Of a stretch of DNA of 64,000 nt, positions 42,863 to 55,860 are shown piece by piece. The translations under genes were made by a program, and so were the position numbers. Each line of letters starts with the position of its first letter. Position 1 is the stretch's first letter. The notes under the pieces were generated by a model that was given only the letters and a program-made list of their open reading frames with translations, ran no database searches and was not told where the DNA came from. Origin of the DNA: Lepidodermella squamata (taxonomy: Eukaryota > Animalia > Gastrotricha); contig JBLDXI010000009.1 in the NCBI GenBank assembly GCA_047495785.1, positions 1,922,001 to 1,986,000 of the forward strand, written 5' to 3'.

Positions 42863-44070
42863 CCTTCTTCGCTTCGTCTTGTAAATAACAATGCTTTCGT
42901 AAATACAGGTGCTAATTGAATACGTGTGAAAGAGTAATTCCGAAGAAGACTAGCACAGGTATTTCTGCCACTTGCCAATGTGAGACTTTTTGCCCATTCC
43001 TTTTTGCGAACAAAACTCATCTGTATTTCCGATAATTAATTTTGCTTTGTTGTTATTATGATGGTTGTTAAACGACAATTATTATTCTTTTACGAACTTG
43101 GTTGTGGCTTTAAAAGCGCTGCAAAATACAGCTTCCAGTTCAGGTATGAAATATAATTTCTCGCCCAGCATAATATTATGAAAGTTCTCCCGCGATCTCT
43201 CTATTAAGGATGTAAGATATTGAGCGCTGATGAAAGCTTTGTTTTTGTTTTACTTCATTGATGATTCCAAACTGAGACATTTAATTCGATCTTTCTCTTG
43301 CGTTAACACACTTCGCTTGAAAACAGGAATGTATAATAATCATAATTTTATGATAATAACGATGACTTTTATTGCTTTTTATTTCTTTTACACTGTGTAC
43401 AAATGATGAAGAATTTCAGAGCATGATGATGAATGTAAAGAGAGCCAAAAACGGACAAATATTTCCTCTTTGTTTTTTTCTGCATTGTTTTTACGAAGAT
43501 TAGTGATAGCTGTTGCGAGAATATCATTTGAAATAAAAGTTCGCGTTTTTCGATGACGAGCCGTGTTTTTGGTTTATCATAACGATGGGTGGTGTTATAG
43601 TAACTGGTGGTACTAGTAGCACTCGGAATTCATTTGTCGTCGAAAAGCGGAGCCGGTCGGCGCAAATTAAAAGTTGCTGATTATTAGTTTATGTCCGCCG
43701 TCGCAAGCGGCAACTTTTTCGGGTGAAATTTTGCTATTTCTTAACATGCCGAAAAGTGCGATGATCAAGGCACAGTGACGGGCGCGCAGATGCATTAACG
43801 CCAATTAGTAGTAGATTATATGTGTACAACGGAGAGCTGTTATATGCAAATTAACAGCGTTAATAGAGCGAGCCACTTGAGTTTTGGCACCACCAGTGCG
43901 CGCACTTCATAAAATTGATTTGCGCGAACCAGTTCGGCGCGCTCGCGATCAGCCACTGTTATCGCGTTAGCATACATTCAAGGTCAAAAGATGGCAAAAC
44001 AAATCGTTGAATTGCATCAAAACATCAAATTATTATTCTAATTCGACTTTCGAAAATCATCCGCCATCTC

Positions 44071-45546
44071 ATGGAAGAAGAGTCAACCCTGGATGATAAC
44101 AGTTTCCTGCTCGACGACGAGGCGTTCAACAACAGCAATGCGGGCGATGCGAATGCCGATCGAACTATCAAGATGACAATTTTGAACGGACAACCGATTG
44201 CCACACTCACGGTTGGAGGAGTTGACATGCTTTGTTTGGCGCAAATTTCATCAACAATTCTCGAGTAAAATATCAGAGTAAATAATAAAATTTCAAATGA
44301 CAAATCGCTATCTTTCAGGAAATTTTCCTACAACGAAATTCACAACAGGAGGGTTGCTCTTTCGATTTCTACAAAGGTATATTGCCTTGCCTAATCTGGT
44401 ATAGAAATATTTTTTTGGTTTAATTTTCAGCCATGCAACGCCTCTCAAATGGAATTATTGCGCTGCGCTGGGGCAGTGCCGCCATCTTCGCGACGATGCG
44501 GCCTGATTACACGGCACGAGGCTGAGCGGCTCGTACGCAGCTTCACCGAGGGCACTCGCCCACCAAATTTACCGCCGGGTTTCGCTTTCAACGTGAGCCA
44601 TCAATGCGGTTGGGGGTGCCACGGACGGTTCTACGTCGAGAAGTACACGAGTTCGCGCGCGAAATGTATCGAATGCGTCGACTGCGATGACGTGTTTGCC
44701 CCGAATAAATTCATATTCCACAGCCACCGCCCTCGCGACTTCGGGCAGGCCAAAGAATTTCGACCGGCCGATGCTGCTAATTTCAACTCGTGGCGCCGGC
44801 ACATATTTCTAGCTGGCGATGATGAAACTGACCCGAATATCTGCGAAGCGTGGGAAGACGTAAAGGCGCTGTTCAACGGAGGGAATAGGCAAAATGTTAA
44901 CGTTTTGACAATGACTACTTTGGTTTCTGCGTCAGTCGGAAATCAAGCGAGTAACTCCCCGTCGAACCCCGATCAGATTCCATCGTCAAGTAACAAGCGA
45001 CAAAGGGCGGCGACGAGTGACAGCGAGGCGCCCGGCAAAAGGCCGTGCAACGGCAATCGATCGAACCCGAAGTCATCAAGTCGCAAAACAGTTGCACCTC
45101 GGCACCATGGTCCGCTCGAATTGAATGGAATAGGCAGCAATGACTCTGATTTGCTGGATAACTCGGCTGAAGTTTCACCGCGAATAATGGCGCAGAATAA
45201 TTTGCCATTCATACCACAGTTGCCGCAAAACCCGGCATTTTCAGCCGGCGCCGCAAATTTGTTGCTCTTTGATACCCTACTTCGTTCCATGCTGATGCCT
45301 CAGCCACCCGCACCGCTGCCTCTGCTTCAGTCGCCGACTGAACTACTACAGTCTGCCGATCAGATGGCGGCTATCAACCTGGCGAAACAAAAATGGCCAC
45401 CGCAAATTGTTCAGAACTGTTCTCCTCTTCAGCGATCGGGCCCGGCTTCCCAGATACCGCCATCTTCTGTCGAGTCGTTCAACGCTGCAGTCGGCCAGTT
45501 TTTGATAAAGAACATGACAAACATGAATGACGAATGCAACACCTAG
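44071..45546 (+). CDS. SKOR: SKI family transcriptional corepressor (SKOR/CORL/Fussel)
   Basis: Exons 44071-44264, 44319-44376, 44431-45546. LCLAQIS..FSYNEIHNRRVAL..AGAVPPSSRRCGLIT; SAND-like CGWGCHG..YTSSRAKCIEC..FAPNKFIFHSH; DAANFNSWRRHI. Confidence 0.93.
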
Positions 45547-46043
45547 ATCGTCAGAACTTCCGTTGAAAATGGCTACCCTGTCGTTGGACCGATTTTGTCT
45601 TCCTTGAGAGCTTCATAGCGATAGTACCCGTCACCTATTTTTGTCAGACCGAGTCTTTGTAAAAACAAAAAACCATGTATCGAAGCAGTTGTTCATTGCT
45701 TTTATTCCCGTTATGTTCAAAGAGTATTTCCATGCAAACTTTTCGAGAAGGTTTAGCGAGACTCGTTGCTTCATATGTTACAAAATGTATCAGTTGAAAT
45801 CGTCATGCGTCAGTTTTGTCATAACAATAAATACTGCGTTACATAGTATTCTATTGGGCAGAAAATTCAAATAACCAGGCAACAATTATTTATACTATAA
45901 TTTGAGAAATAAAATAAAAATTGCTGTTAAATTGAGATAACTAGCGCTAAGATTTTACAAAAGATGCTGATTCGATTCTTCAGAAAATAAGCACAGGAAA
46001 GAATTGCGTTGATGATGACGAAGATAGTCGTTGCGGCCTAGCC

Positions 46044-49000
46044 TTACCTACCTAACTTGGGCCGCTTCATCATATGCCGATTTCGAGTATCGGCGGTCGA
46101 CGCCCTCGTGTGATGGTGATGGGGTTGCATAAAAGGCGGTGCCTGGTGAATACTGGAGGGCGGAGCGTAGCCAGGCGGTGGGGGTAGGTCGGAGAATGCC
46201 GGGTCAATATCTTCGACCCGGATTTGAGATCTGGGTATCGTTGAGTGGGGCGGCTGATTTCCAGGGAAGGCGACATGGTGATAGGGTGGAGGGGGTTCGT
46301 TCGGTATCGACATTGTCGCATGCCGCGACGGCGGTCCGGGCATTGGCATTGGTATATTATAAGGCCCACCGCCAGGGTGCGGCATAGTTCCATGGTGATT
46401 GTTTTGCATGTATGGCACCATCAGATAACCCGGCATAGGAGCCGGTGGAGGCGGTAGCGGGTGTGATCGGTGGTACCTGTGTTGTCGCTGATTCGGTCGC
46501 TGACCGCTACCGCACATGAAGTGAACCGTAACCGCAGATAGAGCGATAAACAAAATACCGCCGCCAGCTATGGCAACAATCGCCCAAATAGGCAACGGCA
46601 GTTCGATTTCAGCGCAGTAATCACCGGTGTAACCTTCAGCGCATTTACAGCTTGGAAACGTGTAATTTCCCGTAGTCATCAGCGGCGAAAAAGTAGCACT
46701 TGCCAACGCGAAGGATGTCACGTTCATTTCAGGTATGCAGGTACCGCCGTTGCGGCAAGTTTCCCAGTCGTTGTAGACAGTGCATAAGTCAACGTTGACG
46801 GCGCTTAGTTGAGATCGGGGTATGTAATCGAAATCGAGGCGGCTCAAAGCTGTTCTTCCGTCAGAAAGTGGAACGCCAATCGCTCGCGCTTGCTGGATAA
46901 CAATTCGAGCAGCCGACGTTGCGTTTAGCGCGGCAAAGTAGCTGATGACAACGTCCACGACAACGCCAGGGCTGAAAAAATAACAATTAATTTAGTTTGC
47001 TTAATAATTTTTTTCCTCGACTTCACGCCTTTCATCATCAGTATCACAGTTACTGTCTGGTTACCAGAATGAAAATCGTCCACGTTTTGAGGTTTTCGAG
47101 GTCATAAATAACGAAAATAAGACTAGACCCCTTGATCTATAGGAATGCTGTCAAATTTTTGAATAGTTGACCGTCCTAATAGCTTTTAGTCTACGGATTA
47201 CGAAATTCTGCTGAATCAAAAGAGACAAAACACATAAATCACTAAAAGGTCATTGAGGTCAATTCCAAAAATTCCTATAATACCTCTCGCACTAAAAATA
47301 TAAAAATTTATTCAATGTATTTACCAGACGTTAACAATGTTAAGGCGACTGAATTTGTTCAAATCCGTGTAACGATTGAGCTCATCGCGGAGCGCTCGTC
47401 CCAGGAAATCCTCGAGGCTTTGGCGTTCAGTTGACGCTTGGTCGCCAACAGTTGAAAGAACTTGGTAGTTGACTTCGTACGGCGATAGCAAATACCTCAC
47501 GTATAACTGACTTTCATCCAAATTCAGGACCTGTTTCGGGTTGCAGCGAATTAACGGTGTCGTCGTAGGGCTGTAAGGTACAGTCACGGTTGTAGTAGTC
47601 CTCGCCAGAGATGGCGTTGTTGTAGAAGTTAAAGACTAAAATTAACAATTAAATAGTCCGGAAAATAAAGAATAATTATTTGATAAATTTACCTCTCGAT
47701 CACAAGTCATGCCTTCAAACCCAGGGTAGCACGTACAGTAGCCCTGGAGCGAACAATAACCACCATACACCGCACACGGTGGGAAACAAGTTGGCAACGG
47801 AGTCGTAGTCGGGTAGCACAAGTACTCGTAGCCAGAAATGCAATTCTCGCAGTAGACACCAGTCCAGCCAGGGTTGCAGGTGCATTTTTCAGGCGACGAA
47901 CATCTTCCATTACCGGAGCAATTGGTAGAGCAGTAAGGCTGGCAACCAGTCAAGGAATTACCGATATAGCCCTTTGCACATCGTTCACATAAATATCCGA
48001 TCGTTCCCACAGAACAATTCAAACGATTCGGTGCTATGCAAGCCGTCGCTGTTGGGCAAACGTTGCCGGGACACTGTTCACAAATCACCGTCTGGCATGT
48101 CACCCCGGTGTAACCAGGTTGACAAATGCAGGTAGGTTGGCCGTTCGACATCACGCAAGTTCCGCTATAAAATAAAAAAAACTGATTTTCATTGCGGTAG
48201 ATTGACGAGAACTAACCCATTATTACACGTAATCGGGCAAAGCGATGACACAGGAATATGGCAACGATATCCAGTCCATAGATTAGAGACTGACGCACAG
48301 TTGCAAATATTTCCTGGGTCGCAGAATCCATTCTGGCAGGGCGGGAAGCAGGAAACTTTGGTGCAAGTATCTCCAGAGAAACCGCCTTGACACAGGCAAC
48401 CACCGAAATCTGTTTGCGTCGTGGACGGCCGGCGAGCACATTTCCCGCCATTGAAACACAGCGCGGCGCACTTTGGAATTCGTCTGGCCGTGCAAATCGA
48501 ATTCGGACCCCCCAGTAAATTTCTGTAATAATTAATCGGAGTTTTTTTCATGATCGATTGAAAACTGAAGATAAGCTCACGTCAGTCTGTAGTAGTCATA
48601 GTGAGAAAAGAACTGAGCTTCGCCAAACCGGAACCCATCCAGAGAAGTAAATGTACCATATGGTGACCGGCCCCCGGTTTGATCCAGGAAACCTGGGCCA
48701 ACCTAAATGTTCCATAATAATGAAAATCATCAACTGCTTCTTAATTTGCGACATACCTGAGTAACAGACGACAGGTCGTAAACTGTTTCATTAGGGTTCA
48801 TCGTCGTATCGACATCGAAAAAAGGTTGGAAAATCGGGTCGTAGGCGTAGCTGTTGACGATGAGAGTTGCCAGGCGATCACTTCGACGATGAATGTGTTT
48901 CAGGCCCAAGGCGTGAGCGATAACGTGGAGTATTAGCGTGTTGTTGTTGGGTGCGGTGAAACAGTTATCTGTCACATGAATTTCAGTCGCAACCGAACGC

Positions 49001-50233
49001 ATCGGCCCGATCATAGCCGCGCAAACTTGAGCTCGTCTAAAATTCAGAATAAAACTATGTTATATAAATTCATCTTGAAAATAATGCTAGCTTACACGCT
49101 AGGAATCCTAGCAAACATCAAGTATGGCAAGGTCGGCGTGAAAGTGGCGCTTTGAAAAGTCAATGAGCATTGAGTATTGCCGTTTTCGAAAATTGTCGAC
49201 AGAGGGCTCGGATAGGAAGATCCCGCAATGGCGGTATTAAACAGATTATTCAACCCATCTTGGTTATTCGACGTGTTTGGCCCAGTTAAAAACGACGAAT
49301 CCAGCTGGTAGTAAATTGTCGTAGAAGTGTAAGGCCAATACGTAAGTCTGTTTGAACTGTCGCTATAAACGCAAACATGTTAAATTCTTGAGAAAAATTA
49401 GTTAAATGATATCACATACGTTGGAATAATATCTTCTTCAATGATATCAAAACATTGACCAAAGGTTATCGTGAGTCGGGCTATAGCCACGTCTGCAATC
49501 TGACCAGTTGAAGTTGCTTCAATAACAACGCGAAAGTACGGATTTGAAGCCAGACTCATGGTAGTTGCGACAAAAACTCGGGTCCACGTTCCCACGACTA
49601 GAAAATGAAAGTACGTCAATGAATTGAAAACGTGAAAAATCTCCAGAATTCAGCTTAGAAATTCAGGCAAAGAAATCTCCAAGTACAAGGTGTTATTGGA
49701 AACCAATCACCGAAAGGGAATTTTCTATTTAAAACTATCGGAGCAGTTTTCCCTAAAAATTATGTTATCATAAGATACAAACCGGCACTATCAGGCATTA
49801 GCCAAACTGTTTTCGTTGTAGTTCCTCCGCTAGCTTGCTGTTCCAACAGCTGGATCGACAACTGATTTCCGCCCGTCGTGATGTAGTAATAAAATCGAAA
49901 GCACAAACTGGTGTTCGTCGGATGCGGCGTCATCAAATCAGTCATTGATCTGGCCACTAAACCAGTATCAAGAGGACTCGTTGTAACGAAGCGAAAATAA
50001 TTCGCCGACAGAAAAGGGTTGGTGAATCGCGGCGGAGAATTCAGGGCAGACCATGTTTGCCATTGCAACCGATACGTTGGATTTGAAGGATCAACCGGCG
50101 AGAATTGCATGCGAATGCAGGCAGCGGCGGGAAATGGCGGCCAGTCGCAATATTCGGGTATAAAAACCTGTCCGAAGACAGTCGAGGCGAAAATCGCGAC
50201 AGACGCGCCGACAATCCGTAAAATTTCCGTCAT
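46044..50233 (-). CDS. Type I membrane protein: signal peptide, MAM, degenerate astacin, multiple EGF, Thr-rich/SEA-like segment, EGF, TM, Pro-rich tail
   Basis: MAM-like CFRFYY and FRVVIEA..DVAI; astacin-like HVIAHALGLKHIHRRSDR and YDLSSVTQ; many EGF Cys patterns; TM IWAIVAIAGGGILFIAL; PPPPY in the tail. That all exons form one gene is inferred from splice sites. Confidence 0.7.
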
Positions 50234-51064
50234 GATATCATCGATTTAGTACACCTTGACTGCAACGGTACGGAAGTAGCAGGAGCAAAACAGCTCGAAT
50301 GAATGGAATTGCTTTTATTTGCGCCGTCGAGTGAAAAGTGTGGTACAAACGCGTGTGTATTAAGGCAGCTGCAATGTTTCTGCTTCTATACTTTTAGACT
50401 TTTCTTTTAGCCGCCGTCTCATTTCGCGTTTTGCTCTTCGGCCGCGCAGTGACAGTCGCGCATCAAGTTTACAAGAGATGAAGATATTATATACGTACAT
50501 ACACTAGATGCAACGCCGTACAAAACTACCATCATTCAGCAACGGGCCGTGTAATGCGGGGTTGAGTCGTTCGCTAGAAGACACAACGCATAGGCGACAA
50601 CAAAATATACCTCTGAAAACATATTAGACCGTGGTGTTGTTGCACAGAGCAACAAAAGCGAAGGCTGGTTGTCTTTAGCCAAGGTAAACACGCACGAGGG
50701 ACAAAGTACGATGAAAGCGCCTATTCTGTGCGCGAAAATGCGCGTTCTGTCATTGTTGGATCGACGAGCGTTGTTAGGAAGCAAAGCCAGTATATATGTG
50801 TGTAATCCAACCAAGTATATAACCCCCTCGACGGGTTGAGAGTGTTGTCTCTTTGCCACAGCACAAGAGGTAAAGCCCGCAAACAGCAATTTGGGGTCCA
50901 CCGAACAAATATAACACTGGGCATATAATACGGTGGACGAAAATAAATATGCAGCATAGTTGTACATTAGCGCATAGCATTGTTCCGAACGTTTTCCGTT
51001 GTAGCTGTTTCCCTGAAAAACGGCGAAACGGCTGATGAACGTGTTGTTAGTTTAAGAGCGTACA

Positions 51065-51757
51065 ATGATACTTTTTCCGCGCTGGGCACTCAGTGCGTTT
51101 TTTCTGCATTTGTTATTCTTTGAAGGAGCGGCCGGTGACGGCAACAATAGCGAGGATGATGAAGAGTACATTGAGCCCGGCTCGGTCAACTACAGCCAAT
51201 TTGCGAAAAATGCCGACAACGAAGCCAACTTTCTGGAAACACCTCCAGTTTGCGGTGATTTCTATCAATTAAGCCCTCGTACTGCAGATGGCAATATTTT
51301 AAGCTTGGAAACTCTGCGAGGCAAATTGACGCTGGTCGTTAACATTCCAGGAGCGGCCCATGTTACCGATCCTAATTACCACGACCTTGTCAACTTACAA
51401 TCAACATACGGACCAACTAAACTATTCAACGTCATTGCATTTCCGTGTTTTCAGTATATCGACGGTGTACCTTCTGCTGCCACTTCAATACGCTCATTTT
51501 TGCAAGAAGCTTACGGTGCAAATTTTGCAATATTCGACACTGTTCATTGCGAAGGCCCGGCAAAATCAGACGTCTTTCGGTTTTTATCTTACGAGGCGAA
51601 AGTGCGAGTGCCGACGTGGAGTTTTTTCAAATTTCTCGTCGGCCCCGACGGTCACTTGATGAGTGTCATGTCCTCGACGCAATCAGTAAGTGGAATGCGG
51701 GACAAAATCAAGCTGAAAATCTCTGAAATTCTTCTTGAAGGTAAAATCGAACTTTGA
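51065..51757 (+). CDS. Glutathione peroxidase 7/8-like secretory-pathway protein lacking the peroxidatic Cys/Sec
   Basis: Single exon; signal peptide; LRGKLTLVVN, FNVIAFPCFQY, PTWSFFKFLVGPDG; C-terminal KIEL. Confidence 0.85.
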   Translation: MILFPRWALSAFFLHLLFFEGAAGDGNNSEDDEEYIEPGSVNYSQFAKNADNEANFLETPPVCGDFYQLSPRTADGNILSLETLRGKLTLVVNIPGAAHVTDPNYHDLVNLQSTYGPTKLFNVIAFPCFQYIDGVPSAATSIRSFLQEAYGANFAIFDTVHCEGPAKSDVFRFLSYEAKVRVPTWSFFKFLVGPDGHLMSVMSSTQSVSGMRDKIKLKISEILLEGKIEL

Positions 51758-51877
51758 AAAAACCCTGCTGTTGAAAATATTCTTTCATTTTTTTGGAATT
51801 GTGACAAAAATATCGAACAAAGGATAATCAATAAAATCAGTTTTAGTTGTATGACGATTGAACAATGTTTTCAAATT

Positions 51878-53777
51878 TCACATGTGCTGCGCGCCCTTGC
51901 CGATGGCTCGAATTAAAAACATGGAAATGACACCTCCCACGGCTTGGCCAATAGCGGTCGAAGATACAGCGATAATTGATGCGTTTTCTTTCAGTTCGCC
52001 AGTCACCAGCCTGCAATACAGAAAATTATACTAACTACGCCAGCTGCGGAAAGAATTTACTTGGGCAAATAAAGAGTGATTAAAGCTCCGAAGTATCCTG
52101 TAGAAAGACCCAATAATACGTTGAACATAGCACCCCACGCATCGTGCGCGAAAACGACGGGAATGTTCGGGTTTCGAGGTTCCACGTTGCAGAAAATGTA
52201 CAACGGAATGAACCCAAATCTCAAAATCGTGACGAGTGTTAACCATCTCCAGTGAATAAACGCAGGCTAAAGGTAAGAAGATAAAAAATGCATGAAAAAC
52301 ATATCTCGGTTCTTCCTTACAAATTGGAAAAATCTCGGCAATGGCCGAGCGAGAAATTGTGCAGTATAACACAGCAAGAAACTCATAACTGGCGTGAAAA
52401 GATGCTCGGTCCATAAGTCATCCCTGACGTAATGCATTGGTCTTATGGCAGTTGCTATGGCGGGAAAACAAGCTCCGAATGATACATGAAATAGGAAAGA
52501 ATTCAGCTGAAGCAGCCATGTCTATTCGGTAAACAGGAAAATTTCCGATTAGCTGAATTTTGGAATTAGGAACCAACTTTTTTCATGACGTAATACAATA
52601 TTTGCTTGTTAGAGATGACGTTGATGATTGAGCTTGACCTAGCGTAACTGGACCTGTCAAAGTCATATACATCTGACCCATCGCTATTTTGGACCAGGTC
52701 AGGCCTTCGAGAGCTCCCTATGAATATTCGACGTTAACGAATGGGCTCATCGAGTGAGAAAATAACTTACTCAAAGTTTTAACATAAAATTGGATCACAC
52801 CTTGAGAAAAAAAACGATTACAGATATTCCAATTAGCGCAGAACATTTACCTGATCTGAACGTAACAATTGTGACGACTATTGCACATAGGACCAAGAAG
52901 ACTGATGTGCCGAAAAAATACAAGGCGGAGTTTATAGGATTTGTGTCAATCAAAAGCGTCCCAATGATTAAAATCGCGACAATCACACTCCCAAATGCTG
53001 TCCCGGCTAAAACTGCCATCAAAAATTGTGCCGGCAGAACCGACGCGAAGCCGAATATTGAAGAGAACGTGACAACAGATAGACCTGTTATGACGAATAT
53101 GGTTACCATTGTCACTCCAAGGAAGATCAATTGATCTGGAGACAAAGTTTCGAGGTGAAAACGAGAAATTATAGTTCATCCAAAATTTACAGTGATCAGT
53201 ATCCAATTTGGTAAATACTAGAGACACGACCAGGAAGAACAAGACACCAACCATAGGAGCCAGGAGTCGGACCATTAGACGCACTCGTGAAGCGATGAAA
53301 ACCTTTACAAAATCATTTTTAGATCTAATATTGTCGTGTGTAGTTCGGTTTTCAAACCGTTATCAAGTTGAAAATAACAATGGATATCCCAACATCGATA
53401 GTTGCAAGAGACTCGTATTGGGCCTGTCAACAAAATGGGATCTCAAATGGAATCCCAAATCGAATCTCCAATATTTACTTGAAGCTGATTAATCTCCGGA
53501 CGTGTATGGTTCGTGTGATTTGGGCTTGTGCCATTCGTTACATTGGGCAGTGTTCTCAGCTTATACAGAAAGTAATGTTTGGCTGCTACGAAAGCGGTAG
53601 GTGGCATAGCGGCTGCAACGCCAATGAAAAAAAATGCCGCCAAATGCCATTTGCTGCTATAAATTGAAATTTCAAGCTTTAAATAATTGCGAATTATTCC
53701 AGCGTTGCTCAAACCTACAATCTAGGGGCAGATTCTAGTCGTTTTCGCACAAGTGGAGTCAGTTCAGCAGTAGACAT
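51878..53777 (-). CDS. Equilibrative nucleoside transporter (SLC29 family)
   Basis: Multi-exon, multi-TM; FFFIGVAAAMPPTAFVAAKHYF, SIFGFASVLPAQFLMAVLAGTAFG, LRIFAP.LVTGELKENASIIA. Confidence 0.85.
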
Positions 53778-54059
53778 TCTTTGCAGTTAAAAGCCAGCCG
53801 TAAAATTTGATTAACTTGTGACAAAAAACTGATGTACAACTCATAAGGCAGATAACTGCGTTAAAGATATCAGCCCATGAGTTCCACTTATCTTATCTAT
53901 TCGAGCAGTCCCCAGTCAAGTAACACGACTGCAAATACGTGAATTCAAACTTTGATCTTTTATTCCGCGCATTAAGACAAAAAACTCAACAAACACAAGA
54001 TAATACAAATTTTGAGAATCGGAAAAAGCAAATGAGCTCGCGATTGACTAGATGCGATG

Positions 54060-54900
54060 TCAAAGTGTAGCCACCGGTGTGCTCAAGCGCAGGAGACGAA
54101 GCTGGCACTTGTTCAGCTTTATTTCTTTCAAAGAAACTGCAAAACGAGATTAGAAATCGGAAGCCTTTGTTTACAGTCAAAATATTACCTGATTCTGGTG
54201 GAGGAATTTGAAACACGGGGCTGTAATTAATATGTAAAAAAATCAATTAGGAAATTTTCAAAAATGCATTACTCATGACATCGGTTGTAAATGTCCGAGT
54301 TGCTGGCACTGGCTTTACGTCGCAATCTGGTTACCGATCATTTTAAAATTGAAATGGATAAGTTTCATGAGTTGAATACCCTAAATGCCTATCCAAAGCT
54401 AACCCGGTAGGTGGTGCTTCAGCGTCGCTGTCCAAATGAGCTTTGTGTATTTTCATCAGAAGATTCAGCCATTGATCTTTTGCGCCTCTCTGCAGGACAA
54501 CCGTTGAAAGAAGCTGCTCCGACGGCAGAGAGTATTCTAGTGAATTGGGTAGCAAGCGGTTTTCGGCAATGCATCTTTCTATGAAGATTGGATGAATAAC
54601 AGTCGGAGAGAAACCCACACGGCGGCGCTTAGGATCGGGTTCCAACAAACTACAATAAACAAATCAGGCCCCATTCTCAAGAATCATCTACCTCTTACCA
54701 CTTGGTGTCAGCGTGACAGCAAGATTCGGAAAAGCAGAAGTTGGCGTCACAAAATTTCTTCACCCTGCGACCGCCATTCGCCACTGAAACATCATCAATA
54801 TTATAACGATCCCAAATAACGAGCAAAGTTAGTTACCCCAGGAGTCGATTGAATCAGGCTTTACTGATTCTGAAAACCACGCACTTTGACCAGCAAACAT
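54060..54900 (-). CDS. TERB2: Telomere repeats-binding bouquet formation protein 2 homologue
   Basis: Exons 54900-54837, 54783-54699, 54649-~54381 and three short 3' exons give MFAGQSAWFSESVKPDSIDSWVANGG..DANFCFSESCCHADT..TVIHP..EYSLP, matching remembered vertebrate TERB2 MFQGQRGWFCGSV..FWVAEGG..ADFLFSCDASHPDT..TVFH..HFILPP. Confidence 0.78.
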
Positions 54901-55860
54901 GCTTTCAACTACAGTTGTTTAAAATCTAACGCTGAAATACGAGAAGTTTTGAGATGAATCATAATAATCAGCCATTAGACATCACTCAAAGCGATCACAG
55001 GCTTGTTTTGTGGCGGGCGATACCAAATCAGAACACGTATTCTTCGAACAGCTGATGTCGATGGCGAGCGAAAATGACCGAATTACGCTTTTGGAGGTGT
55101 TCGCGCCAAAAATCAGCCATATTGGGAAAAAGGTCAGACCAAAAACTTGGTAATTTCAGCTGGAAAATCATTTTTTTGTTCGCAAATTGTCTTCAAATTC
55201 GTAATTTAACCGACAATTAATTAATTAATTAAGAAATTAAACCGAGAAATGTATTGATGCCCGGAATCATTTTAGACATGGCTGCGCTTCGGCTGAAATG
55301 ATCTGAAAATTTAGACTGAGCGGGCTGAATACAGCGAAATCGAGGTTAGCCATCTTGGTTTCCGATTGACGACGCCTAATTCGACCAAGAAATTCGTCAA
55401 CATTTACAAAATGTGACAACGGTTATGCGGCCAGCGTTAGCAGGTGGGTTCATGCAGAAGGCAACACGACAGTGATTTGTCCATTTTCATGTCCCTCCCG
55501 TCCAAATATCGCTTGATCGAGCAGCTAGAATGCAAAGCAGCGCATTCAATCGAGAATGCAGAATTAATTCCTATAAAATAACAAATAACAAATAACAAAA
55601 ACAACACAAGCCAGGTAAAAAATCAAGTCAGCCGACTTTATTTTGGTATCACAATCATTGCGAAACACCCGATGAACTTTATTACGTTGTCGAAATTTGC
55701 ATAAAACAGCGAATAAGTCTAGCACAAAATGACGCGAAATCAGCAGTCAACATGCATATAAAAACAAGGAAAATTTGAAGTAGAAAAGCAAGAACCGTTA
55801 AAACTATAAAATCATGAGTTAGCAGTGATAGTCAAACGAAAGGCAACTTTTTTTGAACGG

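Noticed and set aside
50550-50966. Solo LTR or 143-aa ORF between the pseudo-astacin and GPx genes
   Set aside because: TG...CA ends can be drawn but there is no target-site duplication or second copy; the ORF has no recognisable features.
51338-51370. Selenocysteine recoding in the GPx-like gene
   Set aside because: No in-frame TGA; the codon at the catalytic position is GCC.
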